Shown: piece after piece, positions 1 through 10,012 of the stretch
Layout: each line of letters starts with the position of its first letter
How positions within the stretch are numbered: position 1 is the stretch's first letter
Virus record (IMG/VR): IMGVR_UViG_3300020043_000840
Span: 1-54,425 of that record
Reading direction: 5' to 3' (one strand)
DNA: 54,425 bases
Source of the DNA: a virus
Taxonomy: Duplodnaviria > Caudoviricetes
Translations under genes and position numbers: made by a program
The notes under the pieces: model-generated
The model's input: the letters and a program-made list of their open reading frames with translations, nothing else
Databases searched by the model: none
Told to the model about the DNA's origin: nothing

Positions 1-2
1 AT

Positions 3-296
3 ACTGAGCAACAAAAAGATGCTAAATTTAATGAGTTAATTAATAATGTAACTCAGAATCAAAGTAATTTTATAGAGGTTAGCAAGAAAGCAAAAGAAAA
101 AGAAGACAAAATAATTTCTCAGGCAATCACTAAAATTGTAACTTTGAATGAACAAGTAATTGACCTTAAAGGCGAGCTTAGTGAAGTAAAAATAAAAACA
201 ATAATAGATACAGTGTATATACACGATACTATTCAGATTAAAGAAAAGAAAAACTTTTGGGGTAAAACAAAAATTGACACTACAAATAATAAATAA
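3..296 (+). CDS. Partial (5'-truncated) coiled-coil protein of the lysis region
   Basis: Frame open from the window edge (TEQQKDAKFNELINN...IIDTVYIHDTIQIKEKKNFWGKTKIDTTNNK*); its TAA overlaps the next ATG. Not in the ORF track. Confidence 0.6.
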   Translation, partial: TEQQKDAKFNELINNVTQNQSNFIEVSKKAKEKEDKIISQAITKIVTLNEQVIDLKGELSEVKIKTIIDTVYIHDTIQIKEKKNFWGKTKIDTTNNK

Positions 297-562
297 TGAA
301 AAAGATTTTTGGATGGTTATCGGGGTTCTTTTCCTCTGAAAGCGGAACATCAAGCAAGAGATTAGTAGGTATAGTAGGTGCCTTTGCATTATTCTATACT
401 TTATATGACAACTCAAAAACACAAGGTGATTTTGCTCCGGCAGATTCTCTTGTATGGGCTACATTTGCACTTAGTGCTGTAGCATTAGGTTTAACTACAA
501 TTGAGTCAGTAACAAACCTTATAAAAGGATATAAAGAAAAAGAAACTAAAAAAGAAGAATAA
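296..562 (+). CDS. Putative holin
   Basis: 88 aa, two hydrophobic segments, charged C-terminal tail, directly upstream of the endolysin. Confidence 0.6.
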   Translation: MKKIFGWLSGFFSSESGTSSKRLVGIVGAFALFYTLYDNSKTQGDFAPADSLVWATFALSAVALGLTTIESVTNLIKGYKEKETKKEE

Positions 563-1068
563 TGAAAGACGAAAAAACATTAGAGAGAATCCAATTACTT
601 CATCCTAAGTTAAGAGATGAGGCATTAGTTATGTATGATGAGATTGTTGCTGCCTTAACAGGTACAGCAGCTTGTCGATTTGCTTATACGCTTAGAACAT
701 TTGCTGAGCAAGATGCATTATTTGCTCAAGGTAGAACAAAACCGGGTGCTGTAGTTACTAAGGCTAAAGGCGGGCAATCATATCATAATTATGGCTTAGC
801 TATTGATATTGTTCTATTAGTAGATAAGGATAAGAATGGCACTTTTGAGGCAGCAAGTTGGGATTTAAAAACTGATTTTGATGGTGATGGTAAGAGTGAT
901 TGGCAAGAAATTGTAACTATATTTAAAAGATATGGCTATGAGTGGGGCGGAGATTGGAAGTTTAATGACGCTCCTCACTTCCAAAAAACACTTGGCAAAT
1001 CTGTTGCAGAGTTACAGGCATTACATAAATCAGGCAAAGTTGATAAGAATGGCTTTGTATTAATCTAA
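562..1068 (+). CDS. Endolysin, M15 family L-Ala-D-Glu peptidase
   Basis: Motifs RTFAEQDALFAQGRT, SYHNYGLAID, WGGDW..DAPHFQ. Confidence 0.9.
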   Translation: MKDEKTLERIQLLHPKLRDEALVMYDEIVAALTGTAACRFAYTLRTFAEQDALFAQGRTKPGAVVTKAKGGQSYHNYGLAIDIVLLVDKDKNGTFEAASWDLKTDFDGDGKSDWQEIVTIFKRYGYEWGGDWKFNDAPHFQKTLGKSVAELQALHKSGKVDKNGFVLI

Positions 1069-1074
1069 TAATAT

Positions 1075-1530
1075 ATGGGGAAGTATCTTACATTGTTGTT
1101 GGTTAGTTCCCTATTATTTTCTTGTGCATCAAGAAAGGTAGCGGTAACTAAAACTCAAATAGAGACACATATTGACAGCACTGCTGTTGAAAAAAGAGAT
1201 AGCGTATCTGTTCAGCAGAACGCTATTTCTATTAAAGAAGATATTGATGAGATTGAGATAGTCCCTATTGATACCACTAAACCTATTATTATAGGAGATA
1301 AAAAGTATTTTAACGCTACGGTTAGGCTTAAAAAAACAATTAGACACGTAGTGGATACCTCTAAAACCACTGTTGCCAAGTCTGTTGAAAACAAGATTTC
1401 GGTCAAAAAAGACGTTAAAGAGAAGGTCTTTGAGAAAAAAATTGACAAGAAAGCAAACTACTTTATTTTTTTATGGTTACTTCTAATTCCATTGGCTATA
1501 TACTTTGGCAGAAAGTATCTACTAAAATGA
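1075..1530 (+). CDS. Lipoprotein with C-terminal TM helix, candidate unimolecular spanin
   Basis: N-terminal lipobox LLFS-C, C-terminal YFIFLWLLLIPLAIYF followed by a basic tail; follows the endolysin. Confidence 0.6.
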   Translation: MGKYLTLLLVSSLLFSCASRKVAVTKTQIETHIDSTAVEKRDSVSVQQNAISIKEDIDEIEIVPIDTTKPIIIGDKKYFNATVRLKKTIRHVVDTSKTTVAKSVENKISVKKDVKEKVFEKKIDKKANYFIFLWLLLIPLAIYFGRKYLLK

Positions 1531-1544
1531 TAATTTTTATTTAC

Positions 1545-1552
1545 TATATTTG
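1545..1552 (+). promoter_or_regulatory. Bacteroidota-type -7 promoter box TATATTTG
   Basis: Matches TAnnTTTG, intergenic, 21 nt before the ATG at 1574. Confidence 0.6.
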
Positions 1553-1573
1553 TATAAATAAAACTTAAATCAA

Positions 1574-1807
1574 ATGGCAAATTTAACAGCAGAAGAATTA
1601 GACTTTATTAAGACGGGTTCAGCAGAGTACACTAAGATTAAAATCGGTCTTGGCGAACTTGAATTACAAAAGCAAGGATTAATCAAACAGGCACATACTA
1701 TTGTTGAAGCCTTTACTAACAATGAGAAAATTCTTATTGAGAAGTACGGTGCTGATTCAGTAATCAATATGCAAACGGGCGAGGTAACTAAAAAAGAAAA
1801 AAATTAA
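1574..1807 (+). CDS. Hypothetical small coiled-coil protein
   Basis: 77-aa ORF with AAATCAAATG start context. Confidence 0.7.
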   Translation: MANLTAEELDFIKTGSAEYTKIKIGLGELELQKQGLIKQAHTIVEAFTNNEKILIEKYGADSVINMQTGEVTKKEKN

Positions 1808-1810
1808 ACT

Positions 1811-2152
1811 ATGGCACCTAACAAATTTCTAGGAATCCTATTTCAGTCAAGAGATACAATGCACTTGACTCATTTGGACACAAGGTCTTTTGCAGAGCAC
1901 AAGGCACTTGGAGCTTACTACGATGGTATTTTAGAGTTGACTGATTCGTTTACTGAGAAGTTATTTGGTCGTAGTGGTCGTCTTGAGATAACTATTCCTG
2001 AGTCTAAGAAGCAAGATGCTGTTACCCACTTAAAGGGTATGCAAGCAACTATCGAAGCAGAAAGGGATAATTACGCTTCAGACTTACAAAATATTATGGA
2101 CGAGATGCTTGGTCTTGTAAACGAGACATTGTATCTTTTAACATTAGTTTAA
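1811..2152 (+). CDS. Ferritin/Dps-like four-helix protein (DUF5856-like)
   Basis: HLTHL..SFAEHKALGAYYD..DSFTE pattern and C-terminal DEMLGLVNETLYLL. Confidence 0.6.
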   Translation: MAPNKFLGILFQSRDTMHLTHLDTRSFAEHKALGAYYDGILELTDSFTEKLFGRSGRLEITIPESKKQDAVTHLKGMQATIEAERDNYASDLQNIMDEMLGLVNETLYLLTLV

Positions 2153-2153
2153 A

Positions 2154-2417
2154 ATGAAAATTAACTCGTACACTATTGTTGCTCTTCCCAAGTTAGATGA
2201 TAGACTTGTCGGAACAAGCGTTGATGGAAACCCTCCAAATGGGACTTATAACTTTACTCCGGCAGAGTTATTGGAGTTATTTGAGGCAAACTTTAATGCT
2301 CCCGCTATTGTTATAGCTGATACGCCTGTATATGCAGATAATGCTGCAGCACTAGCAGGAGGATTAGTAGCAGGTCAAATTTACAGAACAGGAGATGCAT
2401 TGAAGATAGTACATTAA
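2154..2417 (+). CDS. Small virion-associated protein; N-terminus paralogous to the tail fibre N-terminus
   Basis: PKLDDRLVGTSV..TYNFT..ELLELF mirrors the start of 2431..8169; C-terminal YADNAAALAGGL..GQIYRTG. Confidence 0.65.
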   Translation: MKINSYTIVALPKLDDRLVGTSVDGNPPNGTYNFTPAELLELFEANFNAPAIVIADTPVYADNAAALAGGLVAGQIYRTGDALKIVH

Positions 2418-2430
2418 AACTTTATAGCGG

Positions 2431-5400
2431 ATGTCAAAGATTAGTACATATGAGGTAACTCCTGTACCCAAGTTAGCCGATAAACTAATCGGAACAAGTG
2501 TTGGTGGAGAGATTGAGGACATAACGTACAATTTCACGCTAAGCGAGTTATTAAATTTATTTATACCTAATATCCCTGCAAATACATTGCAGGGAGTTTT
2601 AGATTATGGCAATACAGCAACTCAAGACATTTTCTTAGATGGTACAATATTTGTAACACAACTTGAGGTAAATACTTTAGCAATTTTTCTAAATACTTAC
2701 TTAACCGGTGAGACACATATTTTAGGAGGATTATACGATTCTTTAGATTCAGTAGGAACAGCAGGACAGGTACTTACAAGTACAGGCACCGGGGTTGAGT
2801 GGTATACCATACCTACAGTTATTCCTGACTTACAACAAGTTTTAACATCAGGTAATACAGCTAACGTTGACATCTTATTAGATGCCAATTTAGAGGCATT
2901 AACCGTAATTGCTGATGATGTAGTGTCTAACATAAGTTTAAGCGTTAATGGAACTTTAAAAGACAAAGACGCATCAGTTGGAACGGCAGGTCAGATATTG
3001 TCATCTACAGGCACAAAAGTTCAATGGATAAATCCACCTGTTTATACAGCTACTACTCCATTAAATATAAATAGTACTACTAAGAATATTTCTATTCAAA
3101 AAGCAGATAGTACTCAAGATGGGTATTTATCAAGTCTTGATTGGATAACTTTTGATGGCAAACAAAATGCTATTATATTAACAACTACAGGTTCAAGTGG
3201 ACCGGCTACTTTAGTTGGAAGCACATTGAATATTCCTAATTATGGAATTGGATATGTTCCAACTTCAAGAACATTGACTATCAATGGGGTAACTTATGAT
3301 TTATCTGCAGATAGAACTTGGACAATAGGAGCGGGAGTTTCATCAGTTAGTGCAACTTCTCCTTTATTTTCTACAGGAGGTGCAACTCCAATTATTAGCA
3401 TTCAGAAGGCTGATGGTACTTTAGATGGATATTTATCAAGTGCAGATTGGACTACATTTAATTCAAAACAATCTGCAGGTGATTATATTACTTCATTAAC
3501 AGGAGAGGCAACAGGAGTTGGTCCGGGAGCAACAGCAGTTACGCTTAGTAATTCTGCTGTAATCGGAAAGGTTTTAACAGGATTAAATATAACAGGTGGT
3601 ACTGTAGTATCAACTGATAGTATTTTAACGGCTTTTGGCAAAGTTCAAAATCAAATTAATGGATTAGTAGGTGGAGTTGTATATAAAGGTGTTTGGGATG
3701 CAAGCACAAATACGCCTACTTTAACAAGTAGTGTTGGTACTCAAGGGTGGTATTATGTTGTAAGTGTAGCGGGCAATACCGATTTGAATGGAATTACAAG
3801 TTGGAATATTGGTGATTGGGCAATATTCAATGGTTCCACGTGGAACAAAGTTGATAATACAGATGCAGTTACATCTGTTAATGGTCAGACAGGAGCAGTT
3901 AGTTTAACTACTGACAATATTCCTGAGGGAACAACAAATCTTTATTACTTAGATTCAAGAGCAAGAGCGGCACTTAGTTTCGCAGCAGGTTCAGGAGCAT
4001 ATAATAGTACAACAGGTGTAATTACAATACCTACAAATACAAGTCAATTAACTAATGGGGCTAACTTTATTACATTAAGTTCACTTACTGCAAGTTCCCC
4101 TTTAAGTTATAATAATACAACCGGAGCATTTTCAATTAGTCAAGCAACAACAAGTACTGATGGATATTTAAGTTCTACCGATTGGAATACGTTTAATGGT
4201 AAGCAAGGTGCAATAACTTTAACCACAACGGGGACAAGTGGGGCATCTACTTTAATAGGGAATACTTTAAATATTCCAAATTACACATATACATCTCCTT
4301 TAACAACAAAAGGTGATTTATTTACAAGAAATTCTAGTTCTGATACAAGACTTCCTGTAGGACTAGATACTCAAATATTGGTTGCTGATAGCACTACATC
4401 TACAGGTTTAAGGTGGGCAACAAATAGTGCAGCAACTCCTTTAGGATATTATGGTGCTTGGCAAGATGATGCAACTCAAAGTGCTGCAGCTAATAATACA
4501 GGATATGCAATGATATTTAGAACTGCTGATATTACTCCGAATGGAATATCAATAGTTAATAATGGAAGTGGTGACCCTACAAGAATAACATTTGCAAATA
4601 CAGGCGTTTATAATATTCAATTTAGTTCTCAGTTCCAAAACACTGACACTCAGATTCAAGATGTAACAATATGGTTAAGATTAAATGGTGCTGATGTAGC
4701 AGGAACATCAGGATTTGTGTCAGTGCCTAATTCACACGGTGGAACTCCCGGACGTATTATTGCAGCTTGGAATTATGTTTTAGAAGTAGTTGCAGGTCAA
4801 TATTATGAATTAGTTTGGAGTACAACAGACCATACGCACGTTTCAATGCATTATTATGCTGCAGGTAGTCCTCCTCCTGCTGCTGCTTCAGTAATATTAA
4901 CTGTTACTCAACAAAGCGGTATAATGGCAGGAACAGGCATTACTGCTATAAATAGTTTAACAAGTGCTGCTCAAACATTAGTAACAGGAACAAGTGGAAC
5001 TGATTTCAATATATCAAGTGCAACGGCAACTCATACTTTTAATTTACCTACGGCTTCAGCTACAAATAGGGGTGCATTAAGTTCTGCGGATTGGACTACT
5101 TTTAATAGTAAGCAACCCGCAATAGGATATACTCCTGCAAATGATGCTTTAGTAGTTCATTTGGCGGGTAACGAAACAATAACAGGTGTTAAAACCTTTA
5201 GTGTTCAGCAAAAGTTTGACGGAAGTTTAGCATTAAAAGAAGGGGTTAGTGGAACTTTAGCAGGTTATACGGTTTTAGGTGCTAATGTAAACCAATTAAT
5301 AGTTGGACTTGTAGGTGCAAGTCATACATTAGATTTTCCTTCTTCAACAAATTATACATATACTTTCCCAAGTGCAACAGGAACTTTAGCTTTAGTAGGT

Positions 5401-8169
5401 GGGGCAGGAGTTGGAACAGTTACATCTGTAGCTGCTTTGACTTTAGGTACAAGTGGAACTGATTTATCAAGTACGGTTGCCAATAGTACAACTACTCCTG
5501 TTATTACATTGAATGTGCCAACTGCTTCTGCTACAAATAGAGGAGCATTAAGCTCTACAGATTGGACAACATTTAACAGCAAGCAAGGAGCTATTACTTT
5601 AACTACAACAGGCTCAAGTGGTGCAGCTACATTAATTGGTAATACTTTAAATATACCTAATTACGGAGGTGCATTAACGGGATATGTTCCATATACAGGT
5701 GCGACAGGAAACGTAACATTAGGTGTTTATAAATTAACGGCTACAAATTTAGAGGTTTCAGGTGCAAGTGCTTCAGTTAAAGCAATTGATACAGGGGCAT
5801 CTTTAGTATTAGGAGTTAATGCATATCCAAATTCAATTATAATAGGAAGTACGGGTGATTCAAATTTCTATGGGAATGTTTATTTAACACCTGCAACTAC
5901 TCCTATTGTTGGTATGTTAAAAACCAATTCTAGTGGAAGGATTCTAGCAGCTACTGCAGGAACTGATTATATAGCAGGTGGAACAGGAACAACAAACTAT
6001 GTATCAAAGTTTACCGCAAGTGGAACGATAGGCAATAGCAATATATTCGATAATGGAACAAGCGTAGGCATTGGTACGACTACTCCAACGGCTGAATTAC
6101 AAGTTGTTGGAACAGGGACAGTTTTAGTATTAGGTGAATCTTCAGGAACGACAGGAAGGCAATTATTATTTGGGGTAGACGGTGCAACAGGTCAAAGTGA
6201 AATACAATCAGTTTGGCAAGGGACAGGATTTACAAATTTATTTTTACAGCCATCGGGCGGTAGTGTAGCAATAGGAAGTAGTAGTATAACAAATGGTACA
6301 ACTTGGGGTGGTGGTTTGCAAACAAATTTATTAAAATTGTCTGCTTCAGGTTATCCTGCATTAGAAATAAATACAACAAGTGATGGTGGTGGTTCTATAC
6401 AATTTACTTATGGTACTAATTTGCCAAACCAAGTAAGAGGCTTTATTGGATATAATAGTGGAGGTGGTGCAGTTAATGAATTTTATTTATATAATTCGGC
6501 TTCAGGACCTTTAGTATTTGTAACTAACGCTACTGAAAAAATGAGAATAACTTCTACAGGTAATGTTGGTATTGGTACGGCTTCGCCTTCATATACTTTA
6601 GATGTTACAGGAACAGGTAGATTTACAGGAGCATTAACAGTTCAAGGGGATAATTCAATTTATTCAGGTGGTACTGCAAATAACTTTAATACATATGCAC
6701 TAGGAATAGCTAATACTAAATACTTAGTATTTGCAAGTACCGCAGCGGCACAAGCAGGAGGACGAAATTGGAGTGGTGGTATTGGTGCAGATTCTTCTGA
6801 AAATGTATTTTTAGGTTCTTATAATAATTTATCATTTGGTGCAGGTACTTTGGCAACTAGAATGACAATATTAGGTTCAAGTGGAAATGTAGGAATAGGA
6901 ACAAGTTCACCTTCTTATTTATTAGATGTTAATGGTTCAAGTAGAGTTTTAAATACATTTTTAGTTGATAGTGCAACTACCGCTGAACTAAGATTAAGAG
7001 GTGGTGGATATGGTTCAAGTTATAATACATCATTAAGGTCAATAACAGGAGCAGCAGGTGTATTGCAATTTGGCAATAATGATATTAACTATATTTTAGC
7101 AGGTAATACAGCAGCAGGTGGGTATTTATCAATAAGAGTGAATTGTGCAAGTGAAAGTGTTGCAGCAGGAACTGAGGCAATGCGTATTACTAACACAGGC
7201 AATGTAGGAATAGGAACAAGTTCACCTGATGCTGCATTAGAGACTTCATATACTACAACAAGTGATGTAATACCAACATCAGGATTGGGTTATAGTACAA
7301 CTACTGCATTTTTATTAAATGGTAGTTCACAAAAATATGGTTTAATAATTGGTACTACATATACATCAGGAACTACTTGGCTACAATCAAGGTATAGAAA
7401 TATTACAGGTAGTTTGCCATTATCCTTGCAACCTACAGGGGGAAATGTAGGAATTGGTACTGCTTCACCTGATAATACTGCAAATTATACAACTTTAGAT
7501 GTAAGAGGTGCAAGTGGTGGAATTATACAATCTTCAAATGGTAGTCAAAAAGTACAATTATATTCAACAGGTTCAGGAACTTATGCAGGAGCAGCATCAA
7601 ATGATTTCTTTGGTTTTATTACTAATGGAAGCGAAAGGGCTAGGATAACCAATGCAGGGAAATTATTAGTTAGAACAACAACAAGTACTGCAGGTGGAGG
7701 TGGAGATAGAGTAATTGAATTAGATGGTAACATATATTCAAAGGGTAGTGATTCAGGGTATTTTTGGACCGATAGGTCAAATTCAGCAAATTTTTATGGA
7801 TGGTATGCAACAGGTAATACTATATATTTATATAATGGTTCAGCAAATGCAGCTTCAATAACTCCATCAACAGGTGTTTATACTGCATTATCAGACGTAA
7901 ATAAAAAGAAAGATTTTGAGAATAGCACAATAGGTTTAAATGCAATCTTAGGATTAAAGCCTACTTTATACCGAATGAAAACTGATAGTGAAGATTCTGA
8001 TAAGCAATTAGGATTTATTGCACAGGAAGTAAAAGAATTTATACCACAGGCTTATGTTGAAAATAATGATTTTATAGGTTTAAATGATAGACCTATAATA
8101 GCAGCATTAGTAAAAGCAATCCAAGAATTATCAAACGAATTAAACGAATTAAAAACTAAAATAAAATAA
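2431..8169 (+). CDS. Long tail fibre with C-terminal peptidase S74 intramolecular chaperone
   Basis: G/T/S-rich, repeated GNVGIGT.SP units, C-terminal SD..KK...GFIAQEV...ALVKAIQEL followed by a coiled coil. Confidence 0.85.
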   Translation: MSKISTYEVTPVPKLADKLIGTSVGGEIEDITYNFTLSELLNLFIPNIPANTLQGVLDYGNTATQDIFLDGTIFVTQLEVNTLAIFLNTYLTGETHILGGLYDSLDSVGTAGQVLTSTGTGVEWYTIPTVIPDLQQVLTSGNTANVDILLDANLEALTVIADDVVSNISLSVNGTLKDKDASVGTAGQILSSTGTKVQWINPPVYTATTPLNINSTTKNISIQKADSTQDGYLSSLDWITFDGKQNAIILTTTGSSGPATLVGSTLNIPNYGIGYVPTSRTLTINGVTYDLSADRTWTIGAGVSSVSATSPLFSTGGATPIISIQKADGTLDGYLSSADWTTFNSKQSAGDYITSLTGEATGVGPGATAVTLSNSAVIGKVLTGLNITGGTVVSTDSILTAFGKVQNQINGLVGGVVYKGVWDASTNTPTLTSSVGTQGWYYVVSVAGNTDLNGITSWNIGDWAIFNGSTWNKVDNTDAVTSVNGQTGAVSLTTDNIPEGTTNLYYLDSRARAALSFAAGSGAYNSTTGVITIPTNTSQLTNGANFITLSSLTASSPLSYNNTTGAFSISQATTSTDGYLSSTDWNTFNGKQGAITLTTTGTSGASTLIGNTLNIPNYTYTSPLTTKGDLFTRNSSSDTRLPVGLDTQILVADSTTSTGLRWATNSAATPLGYYGAWQDDATQSAAANNTGYAMIFRTADITPNGISIVNNGSGDPTRITFANTGVYNIQFSSQFQNTDTQIQDVTIWLRLNGADVAGTSGFVSVPNSHGGTPGRIIAAWNYVLEVVAGQYYELVWSTTDHTHVSMHYYAAGSPPPAAASVILTVTQQSGIMAGTGITAINSLTSAAQTLVTGTSGTDFNISSATATHTFNLPTASATNRGALSSADWTTFNSKQPAIGYTPANDALVVHLAGNETITGVKTFSVQQKFDGSLALKEGVSGTLAGYTVLGANVNQLIVGLVGASHTLDFPSSTNYTYTFPSATGTLALVGGAGVGTVTSVAALTLGTSGTDLSSTVANSTTTPVITLNVPTASATNRGALSSTDWTTFNSKQGAITLTTTGSSGAATLIGNTLNIPNYGGALTGYVPYTGATGNVTLGVYKLTATNLEVSGASASVKAIDTGASLVLGVNAYPNSIIIGSTGDSNFYGNVYLTPATTPIVGMLKTNSSGRILAATAGTDYIAGGTGTTNYVSKFTASGTIGNSNIFDNGTSVGIGTTTPTAELQVVGTGTVLVLGESSGTTGRQLLFGVDGATGQSEIQSVWQGTGFTNLFLQPSGGSVAIGSSSITNGTTWGGGLQTNLLKLSASGYPALEINTTSDGGGSIQFTYGTNLPNQVRGFIGYNSGGGAVNEFYLYNSASGPLVFVTNATEKMRITSTGNVGIGTASPSYTLDVTGTGRFTGALTVQGDNSIYSGGTANNFNTYALGIANTKYLVFASTAAAQAGGRNWSGGIGADSSENVFLGSYNNLSFGAGTLATRMTILGSSGNVGIGTSSPSYLLDVNGSSRVLNTFLVDSATTAELRLRGGGYGSSYNTSLRSITGAAGVLQFGNNDINYILAGNTAAGGYLSIRVNCASESVAAGTEAMRITNTGNVGIGTSSPDAALETSYTTTSDVIPTSGLGYSTTTAFLLNGSSQKYGLIIGTTYTSGTTWLQSRYRNITGSLPLSLQPTGGNVGIGTASPDNTANYTTLDVRGASGGIIQSSNGSQKVQLYSTGSGTYAGAASNDFFGFITNGSERARITNAGKLLVRTTTSTAGGGGDRVIELDGNIYSKGSDSGYFWTDRSNSANFYGWYATGNTIYLYNGSANAASITPSTGVYTALSDVNKKKDFENSTIGLNAILGLKPTLYRMKTDSEDSDKQLGFIAQEVKEFIPQAYVENNDFIGLNDRPIIAALVKAIQELSNELNELKTKIK
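3106..5665 (+). repeat. Dispersed intragenic repeats (LSS.DWTTFN.KQ +/- AITLTTTGSSG.ATL.GNTLNIPNY)
   Basis: Three long and two short copies visible in the translation; boundaries approximate. Confidence 0.8.
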
Positions 8170-8170
8170 A

Positions 8171-8527
8171 ATGAGTACAACTTATAATTGGGTAATAAAC
8201 CAAATGGACACAAAGCCAATGGAAGATGGCTTAACTGATGTAGTGGTGACAGTACATTGGACAAGAACAGCGGAACAATATGTAGGTGGTGAGCCTATCT
8301 TGGTTTCTAGTTACGGAACAATGAATTGTAGCACTCCTTCAAGTACGGACTTTACGGCTTACCCTGATTTGACATACGAGCAAGTTTGCGGATGGTTGGA
8401 TGCGGGATTAGACGTGCCTACTATTGACTTAGGATTAGATACTCAAATTGAGAACATAATAAATCCTCCAATTATAGTATTGCCTTTACCTTGGGCTCCT
8501 GAACCAATTACAACACAAATTGTATAA
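8171..8527 (+). CDS. Conserved phage protein downstream of tail fibre (possible fibre assembly factor)
   Basis: 118 aa with VV.VHW and FTAYPDLT.EQV.GWL; position after the fibre. Confidence 0.6.
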   Translation: MSTTYNWVINQMDTKPMEDGLTDVVVTVHWTRTAEQYVGGEPILVSSYGTMNCSTPSSTDFTAYPDLTYEQVCGWLDAGLDVPTIDLGLDTQIENIINPPIIVLPLPWAPEPITTQIV

Positions 8528-8584
8528 TAATAGTTTATTATTATAATAAATATTAGTATTTTTACAAAAATAAAATCAAATAAA

Positions 8585-8752
8585 ATGCAACTAAACGAAC
8601 AACAACTTCAAGAGTTACAAAACATCATTAATGGAATCCCTACATTGTACGGAGTTCAGTTAATTCAATTCTTCCAAAAAGTAGGTCAGGATAATGCTAA
8701 AAAAGAAGAAACAAGTCAATCTGAAAGTAATCCTACAAACGAGTCATTATAA
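8585..8752 (+). CDS. Hypothetical 55-aa protein (not in ORF track)
   Basis: MQLNEQQLQELQNIINGIPTLYGVQLIQFF...; AAATCAAATAAAATG leader; stop overlaps next ATG. Confidence 0.65.
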   Translation: MQLNEQQLQELQNIINGIPTLYGVQLIQFFQKVGQDNAKKEETSQSESNPTNESL

Positions 8753-8979
8753 TGGATATTCGTAAAATATCAATAGGTCCTGACTACAAAGGTGGTGCTA
8801 TGCACTACATTGTAGGTCAAAAGGTGCTTGGAGATACTAACGAAATTCATCTTATAAAACTTGATGTACATAAACAATCTATCAAGATTTTCATTATAAA
8901 CGAGAAAGCAGAGATAGTACTTTGGAAAGAGTTTACCTCTACTATTCCTGTTTCAATTGAATATAACATAAACATTTAA
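8752..8979 (+). CDS. Hypothetical phage protein
   Basis: 75-aa ORF with stop/start overlaps on both sides. Confidence 0.7.
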   Translation: MDIRKISIGPDYKGGAMHYIVGQKVLGDTNEIHLIKLDVHKQSIKIFIINEKAEIVLWKEFTSTIPVSIEYNINI

Positions 8980-9542
8980 TGCAGTCTCCATTCTATTTCA
9001 TAGCTAAGCCTGTGAATGGAAAGCGATACGATAATACCAAAGAGATAGGAGGAGTTGACTTTATTGTTAGTACCTCCGAGGAGGACCATAAGTTCTCTAA
9101 CCGATTTGCAGAAGTCGTTGAACTTCCATTGGGTTACAAAGGTCCTATTAAAAAAGGGGATACTTTGCTTGTTCACCATAACGTGTTCAAGTTTTATAAC
9201 GATATGAGAGGCAGGCAAAAGAGCGGGAAATCTTTTTTTAAAGATAACCTATTCTTTATTGAAACTGAGCAATTTTATATGTATAAGCAAGACTCCACGT
9301 GGAAGGCTTATGATAGATATTGCTTTATTAAACCTATGCCGGCAACAGAAAGTTATATTAAGAAACCATTTAGCGAAGAACCGCTTATGGGTATAATGAA
9401 ATATCCTAACGAGTATTTACTTGAACGTGGGATTAATGCAGGAGATATGGTATGCTTTTCTCCTGATAGCGAATATGAGTTTACGGTAGATGATGAAAAG
9501 TTATATAGGATGTATGACCATCAAATAACAATGAAAATATGA
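8979..9542 (+). CDS. GroES-like co-chaperonin (apparently two tandem GroES-like halves)
   Basis: AEVVELP...IKKGDTLLVHH and GINAGDMVCF...EFTVDDEKLYRM patterns. Confidence 0.55.
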   Translation: MQSPFYFIAKPVNGKRYDNTKEIGGVDFIVSTSEEDHKFSNRFAEVVELPLGYKGPIKKGDTLLVHHNVFKFYNDMRGRQKSGKSFFKDNLFFIETEQFYMYKQDSTWKAYDRYCFIKPMPATESYIKKPFSEEPLMGIMKYPNEYLLERGINAGDMVCFSPDSEYEFTVDDEKLYRMYDHQITMKI

Positions 9543-10012
9543 ATCTAATTACATTCGACAATATTATTAAAGACCCTTTATCTTATGTATCTGATATACA
9601 CTTGCACGGGTTTCAAGACGTGGCAGATGGCGAATACACTTTCAAAAACATTCAGCCAAGAGACAACAACGATGAGTTTGCCAAATATGTCACTAAACTA
9701 TTTATTGGTTATAAAGTAGGTTTAAATTTTATTCGTAAGTCACCATTGAACCAAGAAGAACCGAATTTTATACATACGGACGAGATGATGGGAGATATTA
9801 CTTGCTTGCTTTATTTAAACGAGCACGCACCTGAGGATGATGGGACAACTGTTTATGATGATGATAGAAAGCCATTGCTTACAATGTATTCTAAATTCAA
9901 TCGTATGATAGCGTTCAACTCGGATGCTCCTCACTCAAGAACTTTATTCCATAACTTTGGACAAGCAGAAGACGCTCGATTAGTTCAGGTAATCTTTTTA
10001 AAGGCAAAGTAA
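9539..10012 (+). CDS. 2OG-Fe(II) oxygenase-like protein
   Basis: HTD, YLN, GT, FNR...PH, RLVQVIF: HxD...H...R ligand pattern. Confidence 0.7.
   Translation: MNLITFDNIIKDPLSYVSDIHLHGFQDVADGEYTFKNIQPRDNNDEFAKYVTKLFIGYKVGLNFIRKSPLNQEEPNFIHTDEMMGDITCLLYLNEHAPEDDGTTVYDDDRKPLLTMYSKFNRMIAFNSDAPHSRTLFHNFGQAEDARLVQVIFLKAK

Noticed and set aside
36-422. Antisense track ORFs (36..422 and many similar opposite-strand ORFs in both arms)
   Set aside because: They shadow well-supported genes on the other strand, have F/L/S-rich composition and no recognisable motifs
2431-8169. Diversity-generating retroelement or invertible segment acting on the tail fibre
   Set aside because: No reverse transcriptase or invertase in the window; the repeats differ at synonymous positions, not specifically at adenines
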